This document shows, in pieces, positions 27,701 to 39,689 of a stretch of DNA of 64,000 bases. Location: NCBI RefSeq assembly GCF_006345805.1, contig NC_043011.1:21588464-21652463 (forward strand), written 5' to 3'. Every line of letters begins with the position of its first letter. The first letter of the stretch is position 1. The position numbers and the translations under genes were made by a program. Below the pieces are notes generated by a model. It saw nothing but the letters and a program-made list of their open reading frames with translations. It was not told the DNA's origin and ran no database searches. This DNA comes from Octopus sinensis. Taxonomy: Eukaryota.

Positions 27701-27876
27701 TCGTTTCCAACCTAGCACACATCTAAACCTCATTTTAAAGCGCAAATTATAATTACTATCATTAGTCATTAAATTAGATAATTTAATGAATAATACAGCA
27801 TTGAATAGACAGTTTCGTCTTTTCCATGGCGTATATTATAGTAAACTTATAAGAAACCCTATGTTCAACTCAATTC

Positions 27877-28508
27877 GGATCTTTTCCTTTGAACGGCAGA
27901 CAATTTCTAGATAACTAAACACTTTAAACTTCGTATACTGGTAGAATGTGTCAAAATAAAACATTTTTTTCTCTTGGCTTTCTTGAGAAATTGTAATTTG
28001 TTTGTTTAACGTAGTTTAATTTTTCGAATTTTAACCAATCCATGCGCTCTTTTGAGCTAAAATAATTTGCTGCGTCTAAAACTGAGACAACATCCTGTAA
28101 CTAACCCTAAACCTCCCCCTAACCCTAACCCTAAATTTTTTTTCTTAATTGTTAATTAATTAATTGTTACGCGTGTAAAAAAAACTAAAGCAATGGAATT
28201 AAATTAATTTAACAATTAAGAAAAAAAAAATTAGGGTTAGGGTTTGGGTTAGGGGGGAGGTTTTAGGGTTAGTTACAGGATGTTGTCTCAGTTTTAGACG
28301 CAGCAAATGATTTTAGCTGAATGGAGGTAATCGATTGGTTAAAATTGCTCGGATATTCTGACGAAATATCTTACAAACTATAGAATTTTCTCAATAAAAC
28401 CAAGAGAAAATGATGTTTTATAAACACATTCTACCAGTATACAAAGTTTAAAAGTGTTTAGTTAACTAGAAATTGTGTTGACATCTGCCGTTCAAAAGGA
28501 AAAGATCC
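27877..28508. mobile_element. Merlin-type MITE (632 bp, near-complete palindrome)
   Basis: TIRs GGATCTTTTCCTTTGAACGGCAGA / TCTGCCGTTCAAAAGGAAAAGATCC; 8-bp TSD CTCAATTC (27869-27876, 28509-28516); long internal inverted arms with CCCTAA/TTAGGG motifs. Family fragments also at ~52445-52560 and 63140-63400. Confidence 0.85.
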
Positions 28509-28889
28509 CTCAATTCTCTCTCACTTTGATGCTCATTCTAAAAATTATTATTATTGTTGTCCATTTATTTATTTTTGTCACAGTTTGGCTAACTACATAC
28601 TGTAAGTTATAGCTATAGTTAAAGTTAAGAATGCCACGTTCCGTTCTGCTTCACTCTATAATGCTCTTTATGATAGATATTTTTGTTATTCATTTACCGG
28701 TATGTTATGGTAAAGTTAAGAATTCCAATCGTTCAATTCTTTACCCTTGCTCTAAATCTCAAAAATTCCATCTTTTCATGTTCTGTCTTCGACCAGCCCT
28801 AACTCTGGACTCTCTCTCTCTCCCTCTCTCTCTCTATCTCTATCTATCTATCTATCTATCTATTTATCTATCACAGTTTCGTTAACCAC

Positions 28890-29640
28890 TTGTTTACCCA
28901 TGTTGACTATTGATTAGCAGCTTACTTTGTCTGTGGTTATGCCACATCGGCTTCTGCTAGGGAATAGGGCAGCCTCATTGCTCTGCTATTCGCAGTCCGC
29001 CCTCTCATCTTGCCCCCACCACTTATACCGGAAGTCTTTATCCTCTGATCGCTATCGGATGTCTTTCTCCTGAGCACCTCTAATGGCTTACTGTATGGAA
29101 CGTTTCCTCCATCCCTACTTAGTGTCTATCTCCTGTTGTATATACTGATTATGTAGCAAATAAAATGATAGTGTAGTGTATGCAGGTTGAAGGTTATTGT
29201 ATGCTTATGAGATCTGCCAAATGCAAGCCTTCTTTTCAGATACATAATGCTGCTGTCCCCCATCCCAGGGTCTTTCAGGCCCACACCTTCCACACCCTTA
29301 GAGTTGGCACACTTAATGTTGGCACATTGAAAGGTAGGTCTTATGAGATTGTTGGGACGCTTGAACGGAGACATGTAGATTTGTGCTGCATCCAAAAAAT
29401 AAAGTGGAGAGGAAGTTCTGCTAGGTTCCTCACAGGCAAAGATCATAAGTATAAGATTTTCTGGGTAGGGAACACTGATGGGGTTAGGGATGCAGATATA
29501 CTCTTTGTAGATAAATGGGTTGATAAGGTAATCGAGGTAGTCAGAGTCTATGATAGAATAGACTCTGACTACCTCTTAGTAAGTAGGAAGGCAGACAATC
29601 ACAAATCCCTTCGGAGTTTGATAGAAGGCTTGCTCTTCCT
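28890..29640 (+). mobile_element. RTE-clade LINE 5' fragment (5' UTR + APE endonuclease)
   Basis: LRVGTLNVGTLKGRSYEIVGTLERRHVDLCCIQKIKWRG...YKIFWVGN, the N-terminus of an apurinic endonuclease of RTE-type elements. Confidence 0.8.
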
Positions 29641-30299
29641 TCCGTAGAAGAAAAAATTCAAATCAGACCATGTTAACACCAAAAATTATTTACATCAAAA
29701 AGGTGCTTTTTTTCTATGAAAATCTCTATTTTTTACGACTTTTTTACTGCTGTGTCACCATTTTTCAGTGTATTTCAACCAGAAAAATGTTCACTTAAAG
29801 AGAATAACAAACTACATAATGCAAAATTTTTACTTTTTGAAAATTCCAATTCTAAAGGGTCAAAAAGAAAACAAGCCCGAGCAATGCTGTGCTATACTGC
29901 TAGTTGTTAAATTCAAAACTTCAGGACACAAAGAAACGACTCCACTTGTTTAGAAACAACTTATAAAACAATGATGACCTATTTACTATAAAAAGCAATT
30001 CAACCTCATGATTTGGTATACTAAACATTTTTACAAAACTGGCTTTCAAAGAAAGAAGTTAGTGAACGTGCTTTAACATACAATATAAGAAAACATTGCA
30101 TCACCTTGAACTCAAAACTATTAAATTTTACTGCTGTTTCTTTCAACCAAAACTTTCACTCAAATAAGTGAATAAAAATATTAGGTATAAAAGCCCATTC
30201 ATGTGTATAATTTTGGGGCTGATTTGTAATGGATTCTTTGAATGTAATATGTGTGTGTATTTCTTTTATCTAAAGTTGAGGTATATTAATCGTTTGTCG

Positions 30300-31570
30300 T
30301 AGACCCGTTAAGAAGTGGCCTGTATTTTGTAATAAAGAGTTTTCTCTTTACTTATCGTTGTCTCGGGGTTGTATCGTCCTAAATTGGTAGAGGGGGAAAA
30401 TCCTGAACCCTGGTGTTTTGTTGTTGGCGCAAGTATCTATGTGTTGGCTGAAAGCTATTTTCTGTTTTGGGAATTTTTATCTGGGATCTGTGCAGGGCCA
30501 TTCTTTTACGCAAACTATTTTTTGTTTGCCTATGTACTGCTCTTGACACCCGGAGCAGTTTAGTGAGTATATTAGTTCTCAAGCACATGTGAAGTTGCTT
30601 TTCACTGTAAACATTGTCCTGTTTGAAGGAGAACTCTGATCCTCAATTAGATAATCGCATATCCCGCATTGGGGTCTTCCACATTTTTTTACTGTCGACT
30701 CTGTGTTGAAGAGTGAATTCGGGCTTGTTTAGGAGACTTTTCATAGATTTAGGCTGTCTCTTGCTTTTTATGATCGTGTGTGTTTGGAGGATTGTGTTCA
30801 TTCTGTGGTCTTTTTTAGGAAGGGTATGTTGTGGAGGATGGTGCCGAAGGCTTCGTTTATTGAGAGTTGTGTGTGGAGATGTATGGTAAGGCTTTTGGTC
30901 GTAAGTTTTCTTTGATTTGGGATGTCTCAGTTCCTTGATGTTAAGTTGAATGCACTTGTCAATAAGTGAAGGTGGATAGTTCCTGGTGATAAGGGTATCT
31001 TTTAGTTCTTGTAGTCGTGTGTCTCTGGTGTTTGCATTAGAGACTATAGTGCATATCCTTTTTGCTAGATTGAAGGGGATATTCATCCTGGTGTCTGGGG
31101 TGGCATGAATTGAATGGAAGATATTGCTTAGAATCTGGTAGGCTTATAATATATGTCTGTTTCTATTACATTATTAGCTTTCTTAATGAGGATATCGAGG
31201 AAGGGGAGTTGTGCTGGCTATATTCCATCGAGAATTGGATTTTTACGTCCAGTCCGTTTAAATTTTCTTGGAATTCTATGAGTTTTTCTATATTTTTATG
31301 CCAAAGAATGAAACAGTCATCTAGATATCTCTTCAAGTTGTTTTCTATGTAGATGAGAAAGGGCTGCCATATCTTTCTAGAACTTACGATACAGACTGAT
31401 CTCTAGATATCCTATGACTAGGTTGGCAAAGGAGGGGGCCATTCGTGTACCCATCGCAGTCCCCGATTTTTGTCGGTAGAGTTGTCATTGAAGGCAAAGA
31501 AGTTATTTTCCAGGATGATTTTAACTCCTTCTATCACAATTCTTTTTTGATGCGATGTGGTAGTTCGTTG
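30300..31570 (-). mobile_element. Penelope-like retroelement fragment (RT C-half), truncated by the assembly gap
   Basis: IVIEGVKIILENNFFAFND, RT domain-5 (GTRMAPSF), DSKQYLPFNSCHP and NIPFNLAKRICTIVSNANTRD; related to the 43447-45240 element. Confidence 0.85.
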
Positions 31571-31670
31571 NNNNNNNNNNNNNNNNNNNNNNNNNNNNNN
31601 NNNNNNNNNNNNNNNNNNNNNNNNNNNNNNNNNNNNNNNNNNNNNNNNNNNNNNNNNNNNNNNNNNNNNN
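31571..31670. other. Assembly gap (100 N)
   Basis: Run of n characters. Confidence 1.
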
Positions 31671-31765
31671 TCAACACAAACAACATTAACCATCCACATG
31701 AAAACTATTCTCCATCCATGGTTCAGTGATTCCAAATGTTATTACCAAAAATGTTACAGTGAAGT

Positions 31766-32008
31766 TTAACTCTTTAACATTCACCTTATTCTATCAAAAA
31801 TATTGCTTATTTGTTCACATTGTTTTAAATTAATCATGCATTATCTTGTAACGTTGGGAATAAAATACTATATTTGATGAAGTAACTGTTTAATTTTTGC
31901 AATGATATTGTAGGATTGGTGTGAGAGGTCAGATCTGGCCAGTTTGAGCAGAAAACAAGTAGAATATTTTGCCCAGATATGGCCAGTTTAAATGCAAAAG
32001 GGTTAAAA
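31766..32008. mobile_element. Short TTAA-flanked MITE (piggyBac-like family)
   Basis: TTAACTCTTTAACATT ... AATGCAAAAGGGTTAA termini; related fragments near 8340-8403, 17720-17790, 32387-32600, 39645 and 40140-40180. Confidence 0.5.
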
Positions 32009-33426
32009 TTAAAAGTATTATAGCTGCCACTTCCACTTCCCTTACAAATTCTAGACACCATGTCCCTCTCCTCTACTCTCTCAGAAATATTAAGCTTTAT
32101 GTCTGTGTTGAGAATACAAAAGTAATTCACTTCAATATATATTTCCATAGGGAAGTTATATCATCAATAACAGTTATTTAGATCAAACAAGGTATATATT
32201 TCTGAGATAGAAAAGGTAAGAAAAAAATAAGTGATATGCAAACTACATAAATGTAAGCTTTGAAATGGTTTACTAGGATTTATTATTTTCATCTCACTTC
32301 ATGGAAAACAATATTTTATTAATAGAAACACATCTGATGGCCTAGTCAGTAAGTTATCAGCAGTTCATAGCCCCTTATTATCACATTAACCCTTTCGTTA
32401 CCGTATTTATTTTGAGATGCTCTGTGTTTCTTTCAATTAATTTTAAATATAAAAAAGAATTTAGTAAAATAACTTCGTTATCATTCAGCTAGTGTTAGGA
32501 ACATAAATTGTGACTAAGGTTTGGTGGAAGATTTTAATTCAATACTTATGAAAACAAGACATTTGTACTACAGAGCCAGAGGCGGTTTTGGCCGGGTTGG
32601 TATCAGTCCCTGCCAATATATTTAACTATTAAAAGATAAGTAGTTAACACCAGTCGCATGTTTCATTGATGTGACTGATTAATGACAGTGCTGTGAATTT
32701 TATAGATACTATCTTTCTATCACTTAATGAAACAGAAGGCTGGTTCTCCTGATAATATGAAGGGGTTCCAAGACTAGAGGAAGGGAGAAAGTACGACATC
32801 CTCAAACTGGAGACAAGGACCAAATGATTGCAAAAGAGTGAACTCCTTTAAAGACACCAAAGGAGCAGATGTTCATACCAAATCAAGCATTGGATTGAGT
32901 GATCCACACAAGTGAGGCACAACAGAATTTGAACTCAGAACACTAAGAGCTGGAATAAATACTGCTGATTCTGAAGACTGTCAATTCACTACTTCTCTGA
33001 TTTGCAGTGCTGAGCTTATTTTCTCCTGCAGGATCTGCTTTATGCCATGCAAATCAAAGTTTAGTATGTCCCCTAAAAATCCTAATGATTTCAAAAGCAT
33101 TAACTATATTGTGATAGTATATCATCTCTTTTCAAATGTGACCGTTATCTAAGAATTTTAGAATAAAAATAGTTGGGGGTGGTAGTGACAATTTCACTGA
33201 AAGAATACTACCACAAACAAAATACTAAAAATTGTTGCAACATAGAATAATAACTGGATTAAAAGGACTTTGTTCTTCACAAACTTATCAATACTACAGT
33301 TCAAGTATTCTATAAACAGAAGTGTCTAAATTTACAAACTCATGACTCATATAGACACAGAAAAATACTAAAAGCCAGAAATAAAATTTTAAGAAAACAC
33401 TCAAACACAATATAGTATTTTTAAGA

Positions 33427-33432
33427 TTTAAT
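33427..33432 (-). terminator. Candidate polyadenylation signal (ATTAAA) for the selenoprotein mRNA
   Basis: Plus-strand tttaat, 27 nt downstream of the SECIS. AATAAA alternatives occur further down near 32315, so this is not unique. Confidence 0.35.
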
Positions 33433-33458
33433 ATTCAAGCAAATTTCAGTCGAGATTT

Positions 33459-33540
33459 TTACTGGTTATTCATCAGAATTTATCCAACTCTGGTCGATAT
33501 GTTTAAACCAGTGTTTTCATAGCCAGAAAATAACCAGTAA
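33459..33540 (-). promoter_or_regulatory. SECIS element in the 3' UTR of the selenoprotein gene
   Basis: Minus strand: helix I TTACTGGTTATT/AATAACCAGTAA (12 bp perfect); core ATGAA...GGAT (U.U, G.A, A.G, A.G quartet); helix II AACACTGGTT/GACCAGAGTT; unpaired AAA exactly 11 nt after ATGAA. Confidence 0.88.
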
Positions 33541-33689
33541 GAAAGTCAAATGAAAATTTTAAAATAAGCATTACAGAGTATTTTCAGGATAACAAATGTT
33601 ATCCTGAAAAAAGAAAGACAGGATAATTTAGAATTCAGCCTTGACTATCAACTTTAGTGGCTGGTCAAAAGATTTATGAGTGATATATT

Positions 33690-34205
33690 AGGAAATTATT
33701 AGTGCTGAAGAGTCTATGAGAGAGGGAAATAGGAATAAATAGGTATTAGATAACATAGTACAGAGATGTAGATTTTGAGGAGGGTTGGAAATTGAGAGAA
33801 GAGTGAACGTGAAAGATATAGGGAATGAGGGGGAAAACAGAGGGAATAGGGATTTAAAGAATGGAAGGAGGAATATTGATGAAAATAGATGAGTGAAAAA
33901 AAGTGGAGGAACAAATATAAAAATATATAAAATACCATAGAAAGAAAGCAAGAAAAGAAAAAACTAAGAGAGAGAGAGAAATAAAAGAAGATCCAGAAAT
34001 TGGTTGAATGAAGTAGATAGATGGGGAAAAAAGATAGAAAGAGAGACTGAAGTGAGTAAAAGGATGTAGAGAAAAAGAGAAATTCAGAGAATGGAGATGA
34101 GACAGAAAGTAGGAAAGTGAAAAAAAATAGAAGGGATAACATGGATAGGAAATAGGAGGCAAGGAAGTGGGGAAAGGAAAAGAAAGAAAATATAGAAAAG
34201 AAATC
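33690..34205 (+). repeat. ~500-bp purine-rich low-complexity tract
   Basis: Strong A/G skew on + without a fixed unit; lies between the selenoprotein stop codon and the SECIS. Confidence 0.9.
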
Positions 34206-34850
34206 CACATGGTTAAGCCAAATAGTACTTCATCAGACAGTAGTTAGATCACTCAATTAATTGAAGTGATAGATTTTTATGCTGAGCAACAAGAAGTAAT
34301 ATATGAGAAGCAAATGAATGGAAGCTTTCAAAATTCACAATGTATCTCCTTATATAGTCAACTCCAGTTGATATATTTGAGGTCACATGGAATTAAGGAT
34401 GGCCTTTTCCACCAAACATAAACATCAATATCACATCAGACTGCTCAGCATTAACCAGAAATTGTAGCCACCATCTACAACATACATTGTTAAGCAAGCA
34501 TCATAAAATATCTCACCAATGAACAAGGTTAACTCTTTCAGTCAGCTGAACAGCCTTGTTGTTTTTGTTGTTCTAACTGGTTAGAGAAATATTGCTTCAG
34601 TGAAAATGTAAGGGTAGCAACATCTACTGGATAAATATCTTCACCATAATGAGACAGGTTGTGCAACTTATCATGATACTGGGATGTGAGCCAGTCCATA
34701 TCTATATGTCTGAACCATGAGGATTTAGAAAGGAAGTATGATAGCCAAGGCCTTTAATTAATTAATTAGAAAGAGAGAAGTGACTTTAATATCAGAATTT
34801 AAAGTGTAACATAATTGCAGCAGATATAGAGTAGAGCAGCCCAAATTGGT

Positions 34851-34907
34851 TTAATGAACTGCTTTGAGTTGCTTTCCGTCCTGAGCATCTTTTATACACT
34901 TCAGAAT
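34851..34907 (-). CDS. MIEN1: Rdx-family selenoprotein exon 4 (terminal coding exon)
   Basis: Poly-T tract then ttacag|ATT. Reads ILKCIKDAQDGKQLKAVH*, which aligns with the MIEN1 LIEAIRRASNGETLEKIT segment. Total protein is 87 aa. Confidence 0.85.
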   Translation of the reverse strand: MLKCIKDAQDGKQLKAVH

Positions 34908-35689
34908 CTGTAAAAAAAAAAAAAAAAGCATAAAACACTATAGAAATTTAAAATGAATACAAGAAATTGATTTTTCTTTTTAAAAATAAGAATTTACTGT
35001 AATCAATTCTAAATTTACAGGGTATAAAATATGATCAAGAATAATAGTAGTGAAGTTGTGTCAGCACCAAGACTATTCTGGAGTACAGTATCATCATCAT
35101 CATCATCGTTTAGAGTCCGCTTTCCATGCTAGCATGGGTTGGACGGTTAAACTGGGGTCTGGGAAGCCAGAAGGCTGCACCAGGCCCAGTCTGATCTGGC
35201 AGTGTTTCGACAGTGTAACGCCAACCACTCCATGAGTGTAGTGGGTGCTTTTTACGTGCCACCAGCACAGGTGCCAGACGAGGCTGGTAAACGGCCACGA
35301 TTGGATAGTGCATTTTATGTGCCGCCAGCACTGAAGCCAGACAAGGCTAGCAACAGCCACAATCGGATGGTGCTTTTTACATGCCACTGGCACAGAGGCC
35401 AGTTGGGGCAGCGCTGGCAATGGCCACGTTCAGATGGTTCTCTTACGTGCCACCGGCACTGGTATCACAGCTACAATTTCCATTGATGTTGATCGATTTC
35501 GATTTCAAGTATGTTTAGTTAAAATATGTCACAGCTGGCTCAGTCACTAAATATCCTATATATTGTCACTGGTGCTTCACTGTATACATGACAAAGATAC
35601 TTATGTCTCAATACACCCATTCACTTGAGTTCTAATAGCAACAAAACAATCCAGCACAAACCCTATCTTGCTCAATAAAACAGTCTCCT

Positions 35690-36070
35690 GGAAACTATCA
35701 AGAAATGTAAAACCAGACAAATGCCCACCATCAGACATCTACAATACCTTGAACATCTTTCTTCCCTGGGCTTGCATACATTAAATCACTGACTAGGTAG
35801 ACACCTACAAGGTTATCCACCATCTTCCCAACAACAACCTTGAACACCTTTTTGACTTCCATATGTCTAACACTCGTGGACATGCTTGCAAAAGTGAAAA
35901 AACAACACAGCACCCATGACTTTCAGAAACATTTTTCCATGCTGCATCATTTGTTACATCCTTCAACACTTCTATGCTTCCTGAAATTCACCGACAAAAC
36001 ACCTCATGTCCCCACCCCCACCTTTTTTTTAATAATTCATTCACTGTTCACCTGTTCACTTCCTGTTATT
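35690..36070 (+). mobile_element. CR1-like LINE 3' end
   Basis: Decayed L..LGL..L..RR...DL....K...LF.....TRGH..KV.K......Q.HFS pattern typical of CR1 RT C-termini. Confidence 0.6.
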
Positions 36071-38478
36071 TGTATATGATACTTATATATTACTGAATTT
36101 TAAAATTTCTAATATGTCGGACTGTATAGATATAAACTAGTATATAAGATTTGCATGTGCTTGGTCTATCTTTGAATTTTGTGGTGTTCCTGTGGTTGTT
36201 TTCTCCTATTGCCTCCCCTTGGATAAAAAAGTATATACATATATATATATGACTGCGGCCATGCTGGAGCACCGCCTTTAGTCGAGCAAATCAACCCCGG
36301 GACTTATTCTTTGTAAGCCCAGAACTTATTCTATCGGTCTCTTTTGCTGAACCGCTAAGTGACGGGGACGTAAACACACTAGCATCGGTTGTCAAGCAAT
36401 GCTAGGGGGACACAGACACACAAACACACACACATACACACATATATATATATATACATACGACAGGCTTCTTTCAGTTTCTGTCTACCAAATCCACTCA
36501 CAAGGCATTGGTTGGCCCAGGGCTATAGCAGAAGACACTTGCCCAAGATGCCACGCAGTGGGACTGAACCCGGAACCATGTGGTTGGTTAGCAAGCTACT
36601 TACCACACAGCCAAACAGTCATGTACACAACTTGGACGGACACATACCAGTACACGGACATAAGTTAACATGCACATACACATGTACACACAGACACAGA
36701 CGCATCTACCCATTCTCCTAGATACTCACATACATACGTAGCATATAAGTACAAACATACATACATACATGCGTATGGGCATACACACGTACATACGCAC
36801 GTACATGTACACACATACATACGCACATGCATACGTGCGCATATACATACATACGCACATACATACGTACGTGCATACACACATACATACGTGTGTGTGT
36901 GTGTGTATATATATATATAACCTGAACTAACTAGATGTAAGGGGAAAAAAAAAAGATAAGTAATAGTAAAAGAAAAGTTTTGAGATATAGAGATAAGTGG
37001 CTGATAATAGGTTTTAGAGTTTTGTCGTGGGGGTAAGAGTCGTAAATCACTTCCTAGTTTCGGCGGGGGTGGGAGGTTGAAATTTGATATTGTTGTGATG
37101 AGTGGTCAGTCTACACCTATCCACCACTACAGGTTTATAGCTTTAATTTTATAGTGTGTGTGTGTGCGTACATATACACACATACATACATACATACATA
37201 CATACACACATGTGTACGTACGTACATACATACATATATGCATGCATACATACATGTATATAACGAACCAACCATTACTTTCTCAGATGCAGCACAGATT
37301 TTTGTCAGTGAACAGGTCGCGGTCTTAAAGCGACGAAAATATTTTGACAAATTAAACTTAAATGTTGAAGTTAATTGAACGGCTTGATATATTCTCTTTT
37401 TTTTTTTTTTTTCTCTTTTACTTGTTTCAGTCATTTGACTGCGGCCATGCTGGAGCACCGCCTTTAGTCGAGCAAATCGACCCCGGGACTTATTCTTTGT
37501 AAGCCCAGTACTTATTCTATCGGTCTCTTTTTGCCGAACCGCTAAGTGACAGGGACGTAAACACACCAGCATCGGTTGTCAAGCAATGCTAGGGGGACAA
37601 ACACAGACACACAAACACACATACATATATATATATATACATATATACGACAGGCTTCTTTCAGTTTCCGTCTACCAAATCCACTCACAAGGCATTGGTC
37701 GGCCCGGGGCTATAGCAAAAGACACTTGCCCAAGATGCCACGCAGTGGGACTGAACCCGGAACCATGAGGTTGGTTAGCAAGCTACTTACCACACAGCCA
37801 CTCCTGCGCCTATACATATATACATATATATTATAGACACACACACACACAGATTATATACAAGGAGTTTTCATCAACTGATATAATGTAACAGGTATGG
37901 TTTACCACTAAAGCTCCAGCCTGAACTGCAATTGAAAAATGTGGTGTTGAGACTGCCTATCAAAGGCATCTTTTAATTTTAAATCTCTCTCTCTCTTTCT
38001 ACGTGTATATATGTATATAGATGTATCATTATCATCATCATCATCCTCATTTAATGTCTGTTTTCCATGCTAGCATGGGTCGGATGGTTTAACTGAGAAT
38101 TGGTAAGCCGGGGAACTGCACCAGGTTCCAATCTGGTTTCAGCATGGTTTCTATGGCTGGGTGCCCTTCGTAACGCCAACCACTCCAAGAGTGTTGTGGG
38201 TGCTTTTTACGTGCCGCCAGCACAGGTGCCACTTACATGACGCTGGCATTGACCATGACTACGATCTCACTCGGCTTGACAGGTCTTCTCCAGCACGGTA
38301 TATCACCAACAGTCTTGGTCACCTGTCACTGCCTCTGTAAGGCCCAACATACAAACACACACATGCGGGTGGGAAGCAAACTTCTTAACCTCACAGTCAT
38401 GCCAAAAAATAAATAAATAAAGAGAATGCACATCTAAAACCAGAAATGATAAAAGATTAATGAAATAGAAAAACTGAC

Positions 38479-38555
38479 CTCTTCGTGGTCTGGGTATGAG
38501 CCACTTTTGAGCCTTGAATGAACCCCGCGGTGATTGATAGTGACTTCAAAGGCAC
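38479..38555 (-). CDS. MIEN1: Rdx-family selenoprotein exon 3
   Basis: Acceptor atttcag|GT GCC TTT GAA, donor GAG|gtcagt. Reads (G)AFEVTINHRGVHSRLKSGSYPDHEE, the Rdx GxFE(I/V)xxNxxxxxSK/R motif. Confidence 0.92.
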
Positions 38556-39689
38556 CTGAAATATAAGATGGCATCAATTAGAAATATTTACATGTGTAAT
38601 GAATGAAAAACAAGTAATAATATTAACCAATAAAATTATGAAACCCATAGCTGGACATATTTTCCCCGAACATGGAAAACAAACAACATTGCTTGTATGA
38701 CAGTGATGCTAAGGTATAACCATCACACAATAGCAAAGCAAGAAAATACAAACACAGACATGTATATGACAAGCTTCTTTCAGTTTCCATCATTTAAATT
38801 CACTCACAAGGCTCTGGTCAGCTTGAGGCTATAGTAAAAGACACTTGCCCAAGGTACTACAGAGTGGAACTGAATCCAAAAACATCTGGTTAGTAAAAAA
38901 AACTTCTTAACTACACAGGCATGTACTTATAAATTGAATTCTAAATGTAGATATTACGCAAAATTTAAAATATACATTGGCATATGAACAATATTTGAAG
39001 TTAAAATAAATATTTTTGTCATTTGAAAATCAACTGCTATACTCAATGTGAGAAATAGCCTTCAAATTTAGATAAATATTCAAATATTTACATAGTTTCA
39101 GCATTTCAGGCATGTAGTAAATAGTCTGGAATTTTGATTAGACATAAATTATGATAAGCAACCTGTATATAATAAATATAGAATGTACATAACATTCACA
39201 TCAGTCACTGAAACACTAACGTATGAACCCCATCACTCATCTTCTCATGTAGTGCCTTTGCCTTTTGGCAGCTTCTTCAATAACATTTTCACTCTTCAAT
39301 AATGTTAGTACTTATAAAATCCTTGTAATTTCTGATAGATTTGATGTTCTAAAATATTTTCATTTTCTCTACTAGTTTTATCAAGCATTTCCAAGCCGAA
39401 TGCTTTTATTGTTTGTTTTATCAATGGTAACTCCTTAATTCATGCCAAAGATGTTTCATTTAACAGTAAATAAACCAAATAAATATTATCTCACATTATG
39501 ATAATTTTGTCTATGAAGCTCCATTTAGCTGCTCCACTTAAATGAATCTAACATCTTGTCTTCTCTATTGTCAGTCCATCAGCATCATTCTGGTTGTAAA
39601 CATCATTTCTCATTGTAAACTACACACCAAATGGTTTTTCATTTTAAACCTTTAACATTCATATTACTCTGTCAACTGTTGAGACACCC

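Noticed and set aside
28100-28275. Interstitial telomere or chromosome fusion site
   Set aside because: Only a few degenerate hexamers, symmetric within a TSD-flanked MITE.
28930-29110. HDV-like ribozyme in the RTE 5' UTR
   Set aside because: Only a simple hairpin could be drawn; no P1/P1.1/P2/P3 nested double pseudoknot found by eye.
33714-34210. Phe/Leu/Ser-rich 164-aa ORF resembling a membrane protein
   Set aside because: Product of the pyrimidine-skewed low-complexity tract; no splice or homology support.
34200-34700. Other ATGA/GTGA motifs as SECIS candidates (~34230, 34500, 34670)
   Set aside because: No correctly spaced AA and no complementary helix II with an opposing GA.
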